Positions 1 to 10,536 of a stretch of 64,000 nucleotides of DNA are shown piece after piece. The notes beneath the pieces are model-generated. The model saw only the letters and a list, made by a program, of their open reading frames with translations, made no database searches and was not told the origin of the DNA. A program made the position numbers and the translations under genes. Position 1 is the stretch's first letter; each line of letters opens with the position of its first letter. The DNA is from Tabrizicola sp. (GTDB taxonomy: Bacteria > Pseudomonadota > Alphaproteobacteria > Rhodobacterales > Rhodobacteraceae), in assembly GCF_041919135.1 (NCBI RefSeq), contig NZ_JAYRUJ010000011.1, positions 8,786 to 72,785 on the forward strand, in the 5' to 3' direction.

Positions 1-886
1 CGTTCGGAAGCCATTCGCGGTCGTTGTCCACCTCGCGCGCCACCAATGTCCAGAAACGGCGGTTCTCGGTGATCACAGACAGGAAATGGTCCTTCGCGGC
101 CTTGGCGCGGGCCGCGTCTGGCGGCTGATTGACCGCGCCTTCCAGCATGGCGAAGGCATCGGCGAAGCTTTCGAAGTCGAAATACTCCGGCTTCGGTCCT
201 GGCGTCGGTCCGAAGGCGGCCTTTGCGGCGAGGGCGCGGTCGATGCCGGCGGCGGGGTCATAGGTCAGGATCGTGTTGGCGATGCCGGACAGGAGATGGC
301 TGTAGGCGGTCAGCCATGCGGCATCGGCGGCGTCGAAGCGCACCACCAGCGGCGGCGCGGCGGGGTCGGGGTCCTGCCATTGCCAGCCCATCAACTGCGG
401 GCCGACGATCAGCAGCGCCTCTTCCTGCGCGTCGCGGGTGCCGTTCGCGTTCACGTCGAACCAGAGGTCCGAGAAGCTGAGTTCCAGCCCGAACTCCTCG
501 CCCTCGGGCAGGGTGGCAAGCGCGGTGCGGGCGGCCCGCATGTCGGCGTCGAGCCCGGCGAAAAGCTGGCTGAGGAGCGCGCCCTGGAAAGGTTCGGGCG
601 CGGGATTCGGCGGCAGCGGCAGGCGCAGGAACGGCACGCCGAGCGTGTCGCCGGCGGCGCCCGCAGCCTGATCCATGCCGGTGCGCCATTGCAGTTGCAG
701 CGCGCGCTCGATGCCCGACAGGAAATGCAGCCCGCCGATGGCGAAGATGTCCTCGAGCGCGGGTTCGGGCTGGGCCTCGAGCCGGGCGAGCGTGGGGGCG
801 ATCCCGTTCGCGCCGATCTCCTGCGACAGGGTCTGGGCGGTGGCAGGGGCGGCAAGCGCCAGAAGGGCGAGCAGGGCAATTCTCAT
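1..886 (-). CDS. Hypothetical secreted protein, 3' end runs off the window
   Basis: Manual translation from ATG at 886: MRIALLALLALAAPATAQTLSQEIG..., signal-peptide-like N-terminus, open to the window edge (absent from the ORF track because no stop is in the window). Confidence 0.75.
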   Translation of the reverse strand, partial: MRIALLALLALAAPATAQTLSQEIGANGIAPTLARLEAQPEPALEDIFAIGGLHFLSGIERALQLQWRTGMDQAAGAAGDTLGVPFLRLPLPPNPAPEPFQGALLSQLFAGLDADMRAARTALATLPEGEEFGLELSFSDLWFDVNANGTRDAQEEALLIVGPQLMGWQWQDPDPAAPPLVVRFDAADAAWLTAYSHLLSGIANTILTYDPAAGIDRALAAKAAFGPTPGPKPEYFDFESFADAFAMLEGAVNQPPDAARAKAAKDHFLSVITENRRFWTLVAREVDNDREWLPN

Positions 887-911
887 CGGCAAAGGCCTTT
901 CACCGGGACAG

Positions 912-943
912 AAACAAAAATGCGCGGCGAGGGGCCGCGCATT
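912..943 (-). terminator. Rho-independent terminator of mdh
   Basis: Minus strand AATGCGCGGC-ccctc-GCCGCGCATT followed by TTTGTTT, just downstream of the mdh stop. Confidence 0.6.
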
Positions 944-969
944 CAAGTCAGGCAAATCGGACCGGACGG

Positions 970-2836
<1,867 letters not shown>

Positions 2837-2915
2837 CCCGGATGCTGCGCAATCGGGGCCGTGGGGCTTTGGCCGCGCGTCGGGCCGTGGCAGGCTGGGG
2901 CGAAAGGAGTCCGCC

Positions 2916-3143
2916 ATGCTGCCCGATGCCGATCTGCTTTATGCCGCCCTTGCCGCCCGCGACCCGGCCTTCGAGGGCCGCGCCTTCGCCTGTGTCCGGA
3001 CCACCGGCATCTTCTGCCGCCTGACCTGCCCGGCGCGCACCGCGAAACGCGGGAATGTCAGCTTTCGTGCCAGCGTCGCCGAATGCCTGACCGAGGGGTT
3101 CCGGCCCTGCAGGCGATGCTTTCCAACGGGTCGGCCGGACTGA
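2916..3143 (+). CDS. Stand-alone Ada metal-binding (N-Ada) domain protein
   Basis: RDPAFEG...TTGIFCRLTCPAR...GFRPCRRC; AAGGAG RBS; 75 aa. Confidence 0.85.
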   Translation: MLPDADLLYAALAARDPAFEGRAFACVRTTGIFCRLTCPARTAKRGNVSFRASVAECLTEGFRPCRRCFPTGRPD

Positions 3144-3231
3144 GGGTTTTCGCTGCGGCGCGGCATTTTCGACTTGCCGTTTGTGTCGGATCCGTGCTTT
3201 CAAGCGCAAGAATCTTGCGCTGAGGTGAGTC

Positions 3232-4092
3232 GTGTCGCGTCCCTGTCGCTCTGTCCTCTATATCCCGGCCTCGAAGGAGCGCGCGCTTGAGAAGGCGCGC
3301 GAGCTGGCGGCCGATGCGATCATCTTCGACCTCGAGGATGCGGTCGCCCCCGAGGAGAAGGCCCGCGCCCGGCAGCTGCTGGTCGCGGATCTGGAGCGGG
3401 GCGGTTTCGGCCAGCGGCTGCGGATCGTGCGGGTGAACGGGCTGGACACGCCCTGGGGCGCGGCGGACCTGCTGGCCTTCGCGGCGCATCCGGGGGTGGA
3501 TGCGGTGCTGCTGCCCAAGGTGAACGGGCCCGAGGATCTGGATGCGGCGGCGGGGCGGGTGGCCAAGCCGCTCTGGGCGATGCTGGAGACGGCGAAGGGC
3601 TGCCTGACCCCCGGCCCGATCGCGGCGCATCCGCGGCTGGAGGGGCTGGTGATGGGCACCAACGACCTTGCGCGCGAACTGGGCGCGCGGGCGCGGGCCG
3701 ACCGGATGCCGCTGATGGCGGCGTTGGGGACCTGCCTCATGGCGGCGAAGGCCGCGGGCAAGGTGATCGTGGACGGGGTGTTCAACGCCTTCCGCGACGA
3801 GGCGGGGCTGCGGGCGGAATGCGAGCAGGGCCGGGACATGGGGTTCGACGGCAAGACGCTGATCCATCCGGCGCAACTGGACATCGCGAACGAGGTCTTT
3901 GCGCCCTCGGAGGAAGAGGTGGCGCTGGCGCGGCGCCAGATCGCGGCCCATGCCGAGGCGCTGGCGCGGGGCGAGGGCGTGGCGGTGGTCGATGGCCGGA
4001 TCGTGGAGAACCTGCATGTCGCGACGGCGAAGCTTCTGATCGCGAAGGCCGAGGCGATCGCGGCGCGGTCGATTGCAGCGGCGGCGGTTTAG
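3232..4092 (+). CDS. mcl2: HpcH/HpaI-CitE family enzyme, probably (3S)-malyl-CoA thioesterase
   Basis: RSVLYIPASKERALEKA, IFDLEDAV, VMGTNDL, QGRDMGFDGKTLIHP; next to mch. Confidence 0.88.
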   Translation: MSRPCRSVLYIPASKERALEKARELAADAIIFDLEDAVAPEEKARARQLLVADLERGGFGQRLRIVRVNGLDTPWGAADLLAFAAHPGVDAVLLPKVNGPEDLDAAAGRVAKPLWAMLETAKGCLTPGPIAAHPRLEGLVMGTNDLARELGARARADRMPLMAALGTCLMAAKAAGKVIVDGVFNAFRDEAGLRAECEQGRDMGFDGKTLIHPAQLDIANEVFAPSEEEVALARRQIAAHAEALARGEGVAVVDGRIVENLHVATAKLLIAKAEAIAARSIAAAAV

Positions 4093-4131
4093 GGGCAGGC
4101 TGCGGCCCGTGAACCGGCAGGAGGCTTTGCG

Positions 4132-4677
4132 ATGACATTGATCGTTCTGGGACTGGCGCTGTGGTGGGGCGCGCATCTGTTCAAGCGCCTGGCCCCGGCC
4201 GCGCGCGCGGGGATGGGCGACGCCGGCAAGGGGCTGGTCGCGGCCGGCGTGCTGGCCGGCGTGGTGCTGATGGTCCTGGGCTATCGCGGGGTCGAGCAGG
4301 TGGACCTGTGGTATCCGCCGGCCTTCCTGACGCATCTGAACAACCTGCTGATGATGATCGCGGTCTATCTTTTCGCCGCCAGCGTGACGAAGACGCGGAT
4401 CACCGGCGTGATCCGGCATCCGCAGCTGACGGCGGTAAAGACCTGGGCCGTGGCGCATCTGCTGGTGAACGGCGATCTGGCAAGCCTGCTGCTGTTCGGC
4501 GGGCTTCTGGCCTGGGCCGTGGTCGAGGTGATCCTGATCAACCGCGCCGAGCCGCGCCCGGCCCCGCCGCCTCCCGCGCCGATGAGCCGCGAGATCGGCA
4601 CGGTGCTGGGGGCGCTGGTGGTGTTCGGGGCGATTGCCTGGGTGCACAACTGGCTGGGCGTCTGGCCTTATGGCTGA
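4132..4677 (+). CDS. NnrU family membrane protein
   Basis: RHPQLTAVKTWAVAHLLVNGDLASLLLFG motif. Confidence 0.9.
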   Translation: MTLIVLGLALWWGAHLFKRLAPAARAGMGDAGKGLVAAGVLAGVVLMVLGYRGVEQVDLWYPPAFLTHLNNLLMMIAVYLFAASVTKTRITGVIRHPQLTAVKTWAVAHLLVNGDLASLLLFGGLLAWAVVEVILINRAEPRPAPPPPAPMSREIGTVLGALVVFGAIAWVHNWLGVWPYG

Positions 4678-4703
4678 GATCGGAGCGAGGGTTTCACCCC
4701 TTC

Positions 4704-4745
4704 AGCCCATTGGTTTTTTCAACCGATGGCGAAAACCAACGGGCT
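4704..4745. repeat. Intergenic inverted repeat (hairpin)
   Basis: AGCCCaTTGGTTTT...AAAACCAAcGGGCT, flanked by smaller hairpins (GGAGA-att-TCTCC at 4752-4764). Confidence 0.5.
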
Positions 4746-4809
4746 ATCCGTGGAGAATTTCTCCAAGAGGAAGCGGAAATCTTAGGCGAATTGTCGGGGT
4801 CTGGGGAAG

Positions 4810-5013
4810 ATGAAGCTGTATCGGTTCCTGAGCGCGGAGGACACCTCGGCCTTCTGTCACAAGGTGACGGCGGCGCTGAACAAGGGGTGGGAGCTGCATG
4901 GCGGCCCGACCTATGCCTATGACGCGGGCGCGGGCGTGATGCGCTGCGGGCAGGCGGTGGTGAAGGATGTGGCGGGGGACTATCACCCCGAGTTGAAGCT
5001 GGGGGAGCAATGA
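4810..5013 (+). CDS. DUF1737 family small protein
   Basis: MKLYRFLSAEDTSAFCHKVTAALNKGWELHGGP...CGQAVVK; ATGA overlap with mch. Confidence 0.88.
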   Translation: MKLYRFLSAEDTSAFCHKVTAALNKGWELHGGPTYAYDAGAGVMRCGQAVVKDVAGDYHPELKLGEQ

Positions 5014-6032
5014 AGACCAATCCGGGCCGGTTCTTCGAGGATTATCGTCTGGGCGAGGTGATCCGCCATGCGGTGCCGCGCACGGTGGGCGCGGGCGAAC
5101 GGGCGCTTTACCATGCGCTTTATCCGGCGCGGGGGGCGGTGTCGTCCTCGGACGAGTTCGCGCGCTCGGTCGGGCTGGCGGCCAGCCCGCTGGACGACCT
5201 GGTGGCCTTCCATACGGTCTTCGGCAAGACGGTGCCGGACATCAGCCTGAACGCGGTGGCGAACCTGGGCTATGCCGAGGGCCGCTGGCTGCGGCCGGTC
5301 TGGCCGGGGGACACGCTGCGCTCGGAATCCGAGGTGATCGGGTTGAAGGAGACCTCCTCGGGGACGACGGGGGTGGTCTGGGTCCGGACGCGCGGGCTGA
5401 ACCAGCGCGGCGAGGCGGTGCTGGAATATGTCCGCTGGGTGCTGGTGCGCAAGCGGCGGCGCGAGGTCGAGGTGCCGGTGCATGTGCCGGATCTGGCGCC
5501 GGTGGTGGCGCCGGCGGCGCTGGTGGTGCCCGAGGGGCTGGACTTCAGCCGCCATGACTTCGGCCTGGCCGGAGAGCCGCATCGCTGGGGCGATTATGCG
5601 GTGGGCGAGGTGATCGACCATGTCGATGCGGTGACGGTCGAGGAGGCCGAGCACATGCTGGCGACGCGGCTGTGGCAGAACACCGCCAAGGTGCATTTCG
5701 ATGTGACCCAGCGCGAGGACGGCAGGCGGCTGATCTATGGCGGCCATTTGATCAGCCTGGCGCGCAGCCTGTCGTTCAACGGCCTGGCCAATGCGCATTT
5801 CATCGCGGGGCTGAATGCGGGCGCGCATGTGAACCCCTGTTTCGCGGGCGATACGGTGCGGGCCTGGTCCGAGGTGCTGGACCGCGCCGAGACCGCGGTG
5901 CCCTCGGTCGGGGCGCTGCGGCTGCGGCTGGTGGCGACGCGGGGCGCGGCGGGGGAACTGCGCGGGGCGGACGGGAAATACCTGCCCGAGGTCCTGCTGG
6001 ATCTGGACTACTGGGCCCTGCTGCCGCGTTGA
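5010..6032 (+). CDS. mch: Mesaconyl-CoA hydratase (double MaoC hot-dog fold)
   Basis: MKTNPGRFFEDYRLG, FHTVFGKTVPDISLNAVANLGYAEGRW, WQNTAKVHFD; 340 aa. Confidence 0.9.
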   Translation: MKTNPGRFFEDYRLGEVIRHAVPRTVGAGERALYHALYPARGAVSSSDEFARSVGLAASPLDDLVAFHTVFGKTVPDISLNAVANLGYAEGRWLRPVWPGDTLRSESEVIGLKETSSGTTGVVWVRTRGLNQRGEAVLEYVRWVLVRKRRREVEVPVHVPDLAPVVAPAALVVPEGLDFSRHDFGLAGEPHRWGDYAVGEVIDHVDAVTVEEAEHMLATRLWQNTAKVHFDVTQREDGRRLIYGGHLISLARSLSFNGLANAHFIAGLNAGAHVNPCFAGDTVRAWSEVLDRAETAVPSVGALRLRLVATRGAAGELRGADGKYLPEVLLDLDYWALLPR

Positions 6033-6060
6033 GTCGGGGGGCGCCGAAGGGCGGCCTCTC

Positions 6061-6091
6061 TGTGATCACAGCCCGGAAATTCGTGATCACA
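6061..6091. promoter_or_regulatory. Tandem GTGATCAC palindromes upstream of sdhC
   Basis: TGTGATCACA at 6061-6070 and GTGATCACA at 6083-6091, 21 bp apart. Confidence 0.45.
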
Positions 6092-6245
6092 AAGTCGAAA
6101 AACTTGCGCGGATAGCGAAAACATCTCGCAAATGCGGCGTTCCATGGCGTGACACCGGCGAAATCCGCGTTATTGAAGAGTAGCAATCGAAGCCATCCGG
6201 CCGGGCCTTGCGCCGGGGGCCGGGACAGCGACGAAGGGAAGCGCA

Positions 6246-6638
6246 ATGGCTGCACCGAAGCGGGTCGAACGGCCCCTCTCCCCGTTCATGATCGGGCCGT
6301 ATTACCGGCCGCAGATGACCTCGATGTCGTCGATCCTGACGCGGATCACCGGCAACGGGCTGGTGGCCGGCGTGCTGCTGGCGGTCTGGTGGCTTTTGGC
6401 GGCGGCGACCTCGGACGAGTATTTCGCGATCGCCGACGCAGTCGCCACCAGCTGGTTCGGCGATCTGGTGTTCACCCTCTCGCTCTGGGCGGTGTGGTAT
6501 CACTATCTGGCCGGGCTGCGGCACCTCTATTTCGATGCGGGCAAGGGGCTGGACATCCCGACGGCGGAAAAGCTGGGCTGGGCCTGCATCATCGGCTCGG
6601 TCGTGCTGACCGTGCTGACCATCCTTCTGGTCCAGTGA
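6246..6638 (+). CDS. sdhC: Succinate dehydrogenase cytochrome b556 subunit
   Basis: [34 protein letters not shown]. Confidence 0.96.
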   Translation: MAAPKRVERPLSPFMIGPYYRPQMTSMSSILTRITGNGLVAGVLLAVWWLLAAATSDEYFAIADAVATSWFGDLVFTLSLWAVWYHYLAGLRHLYFDAGKGLDIPTAEKLGWACIIGSVVLTVLTILLVQ

Positions 6639-6646
6639 GGCAAGAC

Positions 6647-7018
6647 ATGCGCTATCTGACCGCACGCAAGCGCGCCGAGTTCCGGGGTTCGGCGCATCAC
6701 GGCACGGAACACCACTGGTCGATGATGGTCTCGGCCGTGGGGCTGGCCCTGCTGGTTCCGGTCTGGCTTTACGTCTTCGGCTCGGCCCTGGGCGGCACGC
6801 GCGAGGAGGTGCTGGCCACCTTCGCCCGGCCCTTCCCGGCGATCGTGACCGGGCTGCTGCTGGTCGTCGGGATGCGCCATTTCGCGATGGGCGCGACCAC
6901 GATGATCGAGGATTACACCCGCGGCACGATGCGCAAGATGCTGATCATCGGCGTGATCGCGCTGTCCTGGGCGATCGCCGCGACGGGGCTGTTCGCCCTG
7001 GTCCGGATCGCGCTTTGA
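6647..7018 (+). CDS. sdhD: Succinate dehydrogenase membrane anchor subunit
   Basis: [26 protein letters not shown]...IEDY; between sdhC and sdhA. Confidence 0.95.
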   Translation: MRYLTARKRAEFRGSAHHGTEHHWSMMVSAVGLALLVPVWLYVFGSALGGTREEVLATFARPFPAIVTGLLLVVGMRHFAMGATTMIEDYTRGTMRKMLIIGVIALSWAIAATGLFALVRIAL

Positions 7019-7029
7019 AGGGAATGATG

Positions 7030-8832
7030 ATGACTGCCTATCCTTATGAAGTGCATGACTATGACGTGGTCGTGGTGGGGGCTGGCGGCGCCGGCCTGCG
7101 CGCGACGCTGGGCATGGCCGAGCAGGGGCTGCGCACCGCCTGCGTGACCAAGGTCTTTCCGACGCGCAGCCATACCGTGGCCGCCCAGGGCGGGATCGCG
7201 GCCAGCCTGGGCAACATGGGCCCGGACAGCTGGCAATGGCACATGTTCGACACGGTGAAGGGTTCGGACTGGCTGGGCGACACCGATGCGATGGAATACC
7301 TCGCGCGGGAGGCGCCGAAGGCCGTCTACGAGCTGGAGCATTACGGCGTGCCCTTCAGCCGCACCGAGGAGGGCAAGATCTACCAGCGCCCCTTCGGCGG
7401 CCATACGACCGAATTCGGCGAGGGCCCGCCGGTGCAGCGCACCTGTGCGGCGGCCGACCGGACCGGCCATGCGATCCTGCATACGCTTTACGGGCAAAGC
7501 CTGAAGAACAACGCGGAATTCTACATCGAATATTTCGCCATCGACCTGATCATCACCGATGGCGCCTGCACCGGCGTTGTCGCCTGGAAGCTGGATGACG
7601 GCACGATCCATGTCTTCAACGCGAAGATGGTGGTCCTGGCGACCGGCGGCTACGGCCGGGCCTATTTCTCGGCCACCAGCGCCCATACCTGCACCGGCGA
7701 CGGCGGCGGGATGGTGGCGCGGGCCGGGCTGCCGTTGCAGGACATGGAGTTCGTGCAGTTCCACCCGACCGGCATCTATGGCTCGGGCTGCCTGATCACC
7801 GAAGGCGCGCGCGGCGAGGGCGGCTATCTGACCAACGCCAACGGCGAGCGGTTCATGGAACGCTATGCGCCCCACTACAAGGACCTGGCGCCGCGCGACT
7901 ATGTCAGCCGCTGCATGACGCTGGAGATCCGCGAGGGGCGCGGGGTGGGGGCCCACAAGGACCATATCCATCTGAACCTCTCGCACCTGCCCAAGGAAAC
8001 GCTGGAGCTGCGCCTGCCCGGCATCAGCGAAAGCGCCCGCATCTTCGCCGGCGTCGACCTGACGAAAGAGCCGATCCCGGTCCTGCCGACGGTGCATTAC
8101 AACATGGGCGGCATCCCGACGAACTACTGGGGCGAGGTGCTGAACCCGACCGCCGCCAACCCGGACGCGGTGTTCCCGGGCCTGATGGCGGTGGGCGAGG
8201 CCGGCTGCGCCTCCGTGCATGGCGCGAACCGGCTGGGGTCGAACTCGCTGATCGACCTGGTGGTCTTTGGCCGGGCGGCGGCGATCCGGGCCGGGCAGGT
8301 GGTGGACCGGGAGGCAAGCGTTCCGGCGACGAACAAGGCCGGGGTCGACAAGGCGCTGGGCCGCTTCGACGACCTGCGCCACGCCAAGGGCGCGATCCCG
8401 ACCGCCGAGCTGCGGCTTGAGATGCAGAAGACCATGCAGGCCGATGCGGCCGTCTTCCGCGCCGAAGAGACCCTCGCGGCGGGCGAGACGAAGATGACCG
8501 CCATCGCGGGCAAGATGGGCGACCTGAGGGTCACCGACCGCAGCATGGTCTGGAACAGCGACCTGATGGAGACGCTGGAGCTGACCAACCTGATGCCGAA
8601 CGCCCTGGCGACGATCTACGGCGCGCATGCCCGCACCGAAAGCCGGGGCGCGCATGCGCATGAGGATCACCCGAACCGCGATGATGCGAACTGGCGCAAG
8701 CACTCGCTGGCCTGGGTCGAGGGCAACAACGTGCGGCTGGACTATCGTCCGGTCCATGCCGATCCCCTGACCACCGAGGCCGAGGGCGGGATCCCGCTGG
8801 CGAAGATCGCCCCGGCCGAGAGGAAGTTCTGA
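7030..8832 (+). CDS. sdhA: Succinate dehydrogenase flavoprotein subunit (start may be 7024/7027)
   Basis: [19 protein letters not shown] (covalent FAD His), [11 protein letters not shown]. Confidence 0.98.
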   Translation: MTAYPYEVHDYDVVVVGAGGAGLRATLGMAEQGLRTACVTKVFPTRSHTVAAQGGIAASLGNMGPDSWQWHMFDTVKGSDWLGDTDAMEYLAREAPKAVYELEHYGVPFSRTEEGKIYQRPFGGHTTEFGEGPPVQRTCAAADRTGHAILHTLYGQSLKNNAEFYIEYFAIDLIITDGACTGVVAWKLDDGTIHVFNAKMVVLATGGYGRAYFSATSAHTCTGDGGGMVARAGLPLQDMEFVQFHPTGIYGSGCLITEGARGEGGYLTNANGERFMERYAPHYKDLAPRDYVSRCMTLEIREGRGVGAHKDHIHLNLSHLPKETLELRLPGISESARIFAGVDLTKEPIPVLPTVHYNMGGIPTNYWGEVLNPTAANPDAVFPGLMAVGEAGCASVHGANRLGSNSLIDLVVFGRAAAIRAGQVVDREASVPATNKAGVDKALGRFDDLRHAKGAIPTAELRLEMQKTMQADAAVFRAEETLAAGETKMTAIAGKMGDLRVTDRSMVWNSDLMETLELTNLMPNALATIYGAHARTESRGAHAHEDHPNRDDANWRKHSLAWVEGNNVRLDYRPVHADPLTTEAEGGIPLAKIAPAERKF

Positions 8833-9146
8833 TGCGCGCCGGGGCCGCCCTGCTTGTCCTGCTGGCGCTCTCTGCCTGCGATCCGGCCGAGATGGCCGAC
8901 AAGGCCGTGCGGCGGACGGCGGAAAGCGTGGTCTTTCCGGTGGTGAACGTCGACATGCCGGCCGATCCGGCGCAGGCGGCGACGAATTGCATCCTGGATG
9001 CCGCGAGCCCCGACGAGCTGCGGCTTCTGGCGCGCGATGTCGGCGTCGAGGCCGGGACCTCGACCAAGGCCACGATCCGCGACATCGCCCTGCGCCCCGC
9101 CGCGCAGGCCTGTTTCGCCGCCCATGCCGTGCCGCCGATCCGATGA
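8832..9146 (+). CDS. Hypothetical lipoprotein inside the sdh operon
   Basis: Lipobox LSAC; TGATG overlap with sdhA stop; 104 aa. Confidence 0.8.
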   Translation: MRAGAALLVLLALSACDPAEMADKAVRRTAESVVFPVVNVDMPADPAQAATNCILDAASPDELRLLARDVGVEAGTSTKATIRDIALRPAAQACFAAHAVPPIR

Positions 9147-9442
9147 TGAAGATGCGGCTGGCCCTGATTCCCTGCCTTCTCCTCCTCGGCTGCGGTCCGA
9201 TGACCCAGGCCGAGGCCGAGCGCCAGTGCTTCGAGCGCGCGCGCCTGGCGCAGCAGCCGCGCGGCACGCTCGGGGTGGGGGTGGGATCGGGCGGACATGC
9301 CGATGGTTCGATCGAACTGGCGGTAAGCTCGGACTTCCTGCTCGGCCGTGATCCCTCGGCCATCTACGAGACCTGCGTGATGGCAAGGACGGGCGAGCCG
9401 CCCAGCCGTCCGCTTTATGCAAGACCCGACTGGAAAGGCTGA
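9143..9442 (+). CDS. Hypothetical lipoprotein inside the sdh operon
   Basis: Lipobox LLGC; ATGA overlap with the previous ORF; ends 6 bp before sdhB. Confidence 0.8.
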   Translation: MMKMRLALIPCLLLLGCGPMTQAEAERQCFERARLAQQPRGTLGVGVGSGGHADGSIELAVSSDFLLGRDPSAIYETCVMARTGEPPSRPLYARPDWKG

Positions 9443-9448
9443 TTTCCC

Positions 9449-10225
9449 ATGGTCCAGCTCACCCTGCCCAAGAACTCGAAGATCCGCACCGGCAAGACCT
9501 GGCCGAAGCCGGAAGGCAAGAACGTCCGCAAGTTCCAGATCTATCGCTGGAACCCCGATGACGGCGAAAACCCGCGGGTGGACACCTATTTCATCGACAT
9601 GGACCAATGCGGCCCGATGGTCCTGGACGCGCTGATCAAGATCAAGAACGAGATCGACCCGACCCTGACCTTCCGCCGGTCCTGCCGCGAGGGGATCTGC
9701 GGCTCCTGCGCGATGAACATCGACGGGATCAACACGCTGGCCTGCATCTACGGGCTGGACGAGGTGAAGGGCGATGTCCGGATCTATCCCCTGCCGCATA
9801 TGGAAGTGGTCAAGGACCTGATCCCGGACCTGACGCATTTCTACGCCCAGCACGCCAGCATCATGCCCTGGCTGGAGACCAAGACTAACCGCCCGGCCAA
9901 GGAATGGCGGCAGTCGATCGAGGATCGCAAGAAGCTGGACGGGCTTTACGAATGCGTGATGTGCGCCTCGTGCAGCACCGCCTGCCCGTCCTACTGGTGG
10001 AACTCGGATCGGTATCTTGGCCCGGCGGCGCTCTTGCATGCCTATCGCTGGATCATCGACAGCCGGGACGAGGCGACGGGCGAGCGGCTGGACGCGCTGG
10101 AAGATCCGTTCAAGCTCTATCGCTGCCACACGATCATGAACTGCGCCAAGACCTGCCCCAAGGGGCTGAACCCCGCGAAGGCGATCGCCGAGATCAAGAA
10201 GATGATGGTCGAGCGGGTGGTGTGA
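9449..10225 (+). CDS. sdhB: Succinate dehydrogenase iron-sulfur subunit
   Basis: [34 protein letters not shown]. Confidence 0.98.
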   Translation: MVQLTLPKNSKIRTGKTWPKPEGKNVRKFQIYRWNPDDGENPRVDTYFIDMDQCGPMVLDALIKIKNEIDPTLTFRRSCREGICGSCAMNIDGINTLACIYGLDEVKGDVRIYPLPHMEVVKDLIPDLTHFYAQHASIMPWLETKTNRPAKEWRQSIEDRKKLDGLYECVMCASCSTACPSYWWNSDRYLGPAALLHAYRWIIDSRDEATGERLDALEDPFKLYRCHTIMNCAKTCPKGLNPAKAIAEIKKMMVERVV

Positions 10226-10232
10226 TCCGCCC

Positions 10233-10430
10233 GTGCCGCTGCTCCTGCTGGCGTTGGGGGTCTCGGTCTTCCTCTATCTCTGGATCACGCGGCGCAACTC
10301 GACCCTGACGCGCGACTGCCGCTGGCGGCTGGACCGGAGCGTCGCGCCGGATTTCTGGCGCTGCGTCGCCTGCGGGGCGACCGCGCGGGGGCGCGAGCCG
10401 AGGGATTGCCTGCGGGACCGTCAGGGATAG
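10233..10430 (+). CDS. Small membrane-anchored Cys-containing hypothetical protein
   Basis: GTG start 7 bp after sdhB; hydrophobic N-terminus, then CRW...CVAC...C. Confidence 0.65.
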   Translation: MPLLLLALGVSVFLYLWITRRNSTLTRDCRWRLDRSVAPDFWRCVACGATARGREPRDCLRDRQG

Positions 10431-10536
10431 CCTGCCGATGCCCGTCGTGGCGGTCGCCCCGGGCCGGGGCGGGGGGCCGCGCTGCCCGGGTCGTTTCATG
10501 CCCCGTCTCCTGCGATTTCGTGGCAGGAGGGGGAGG

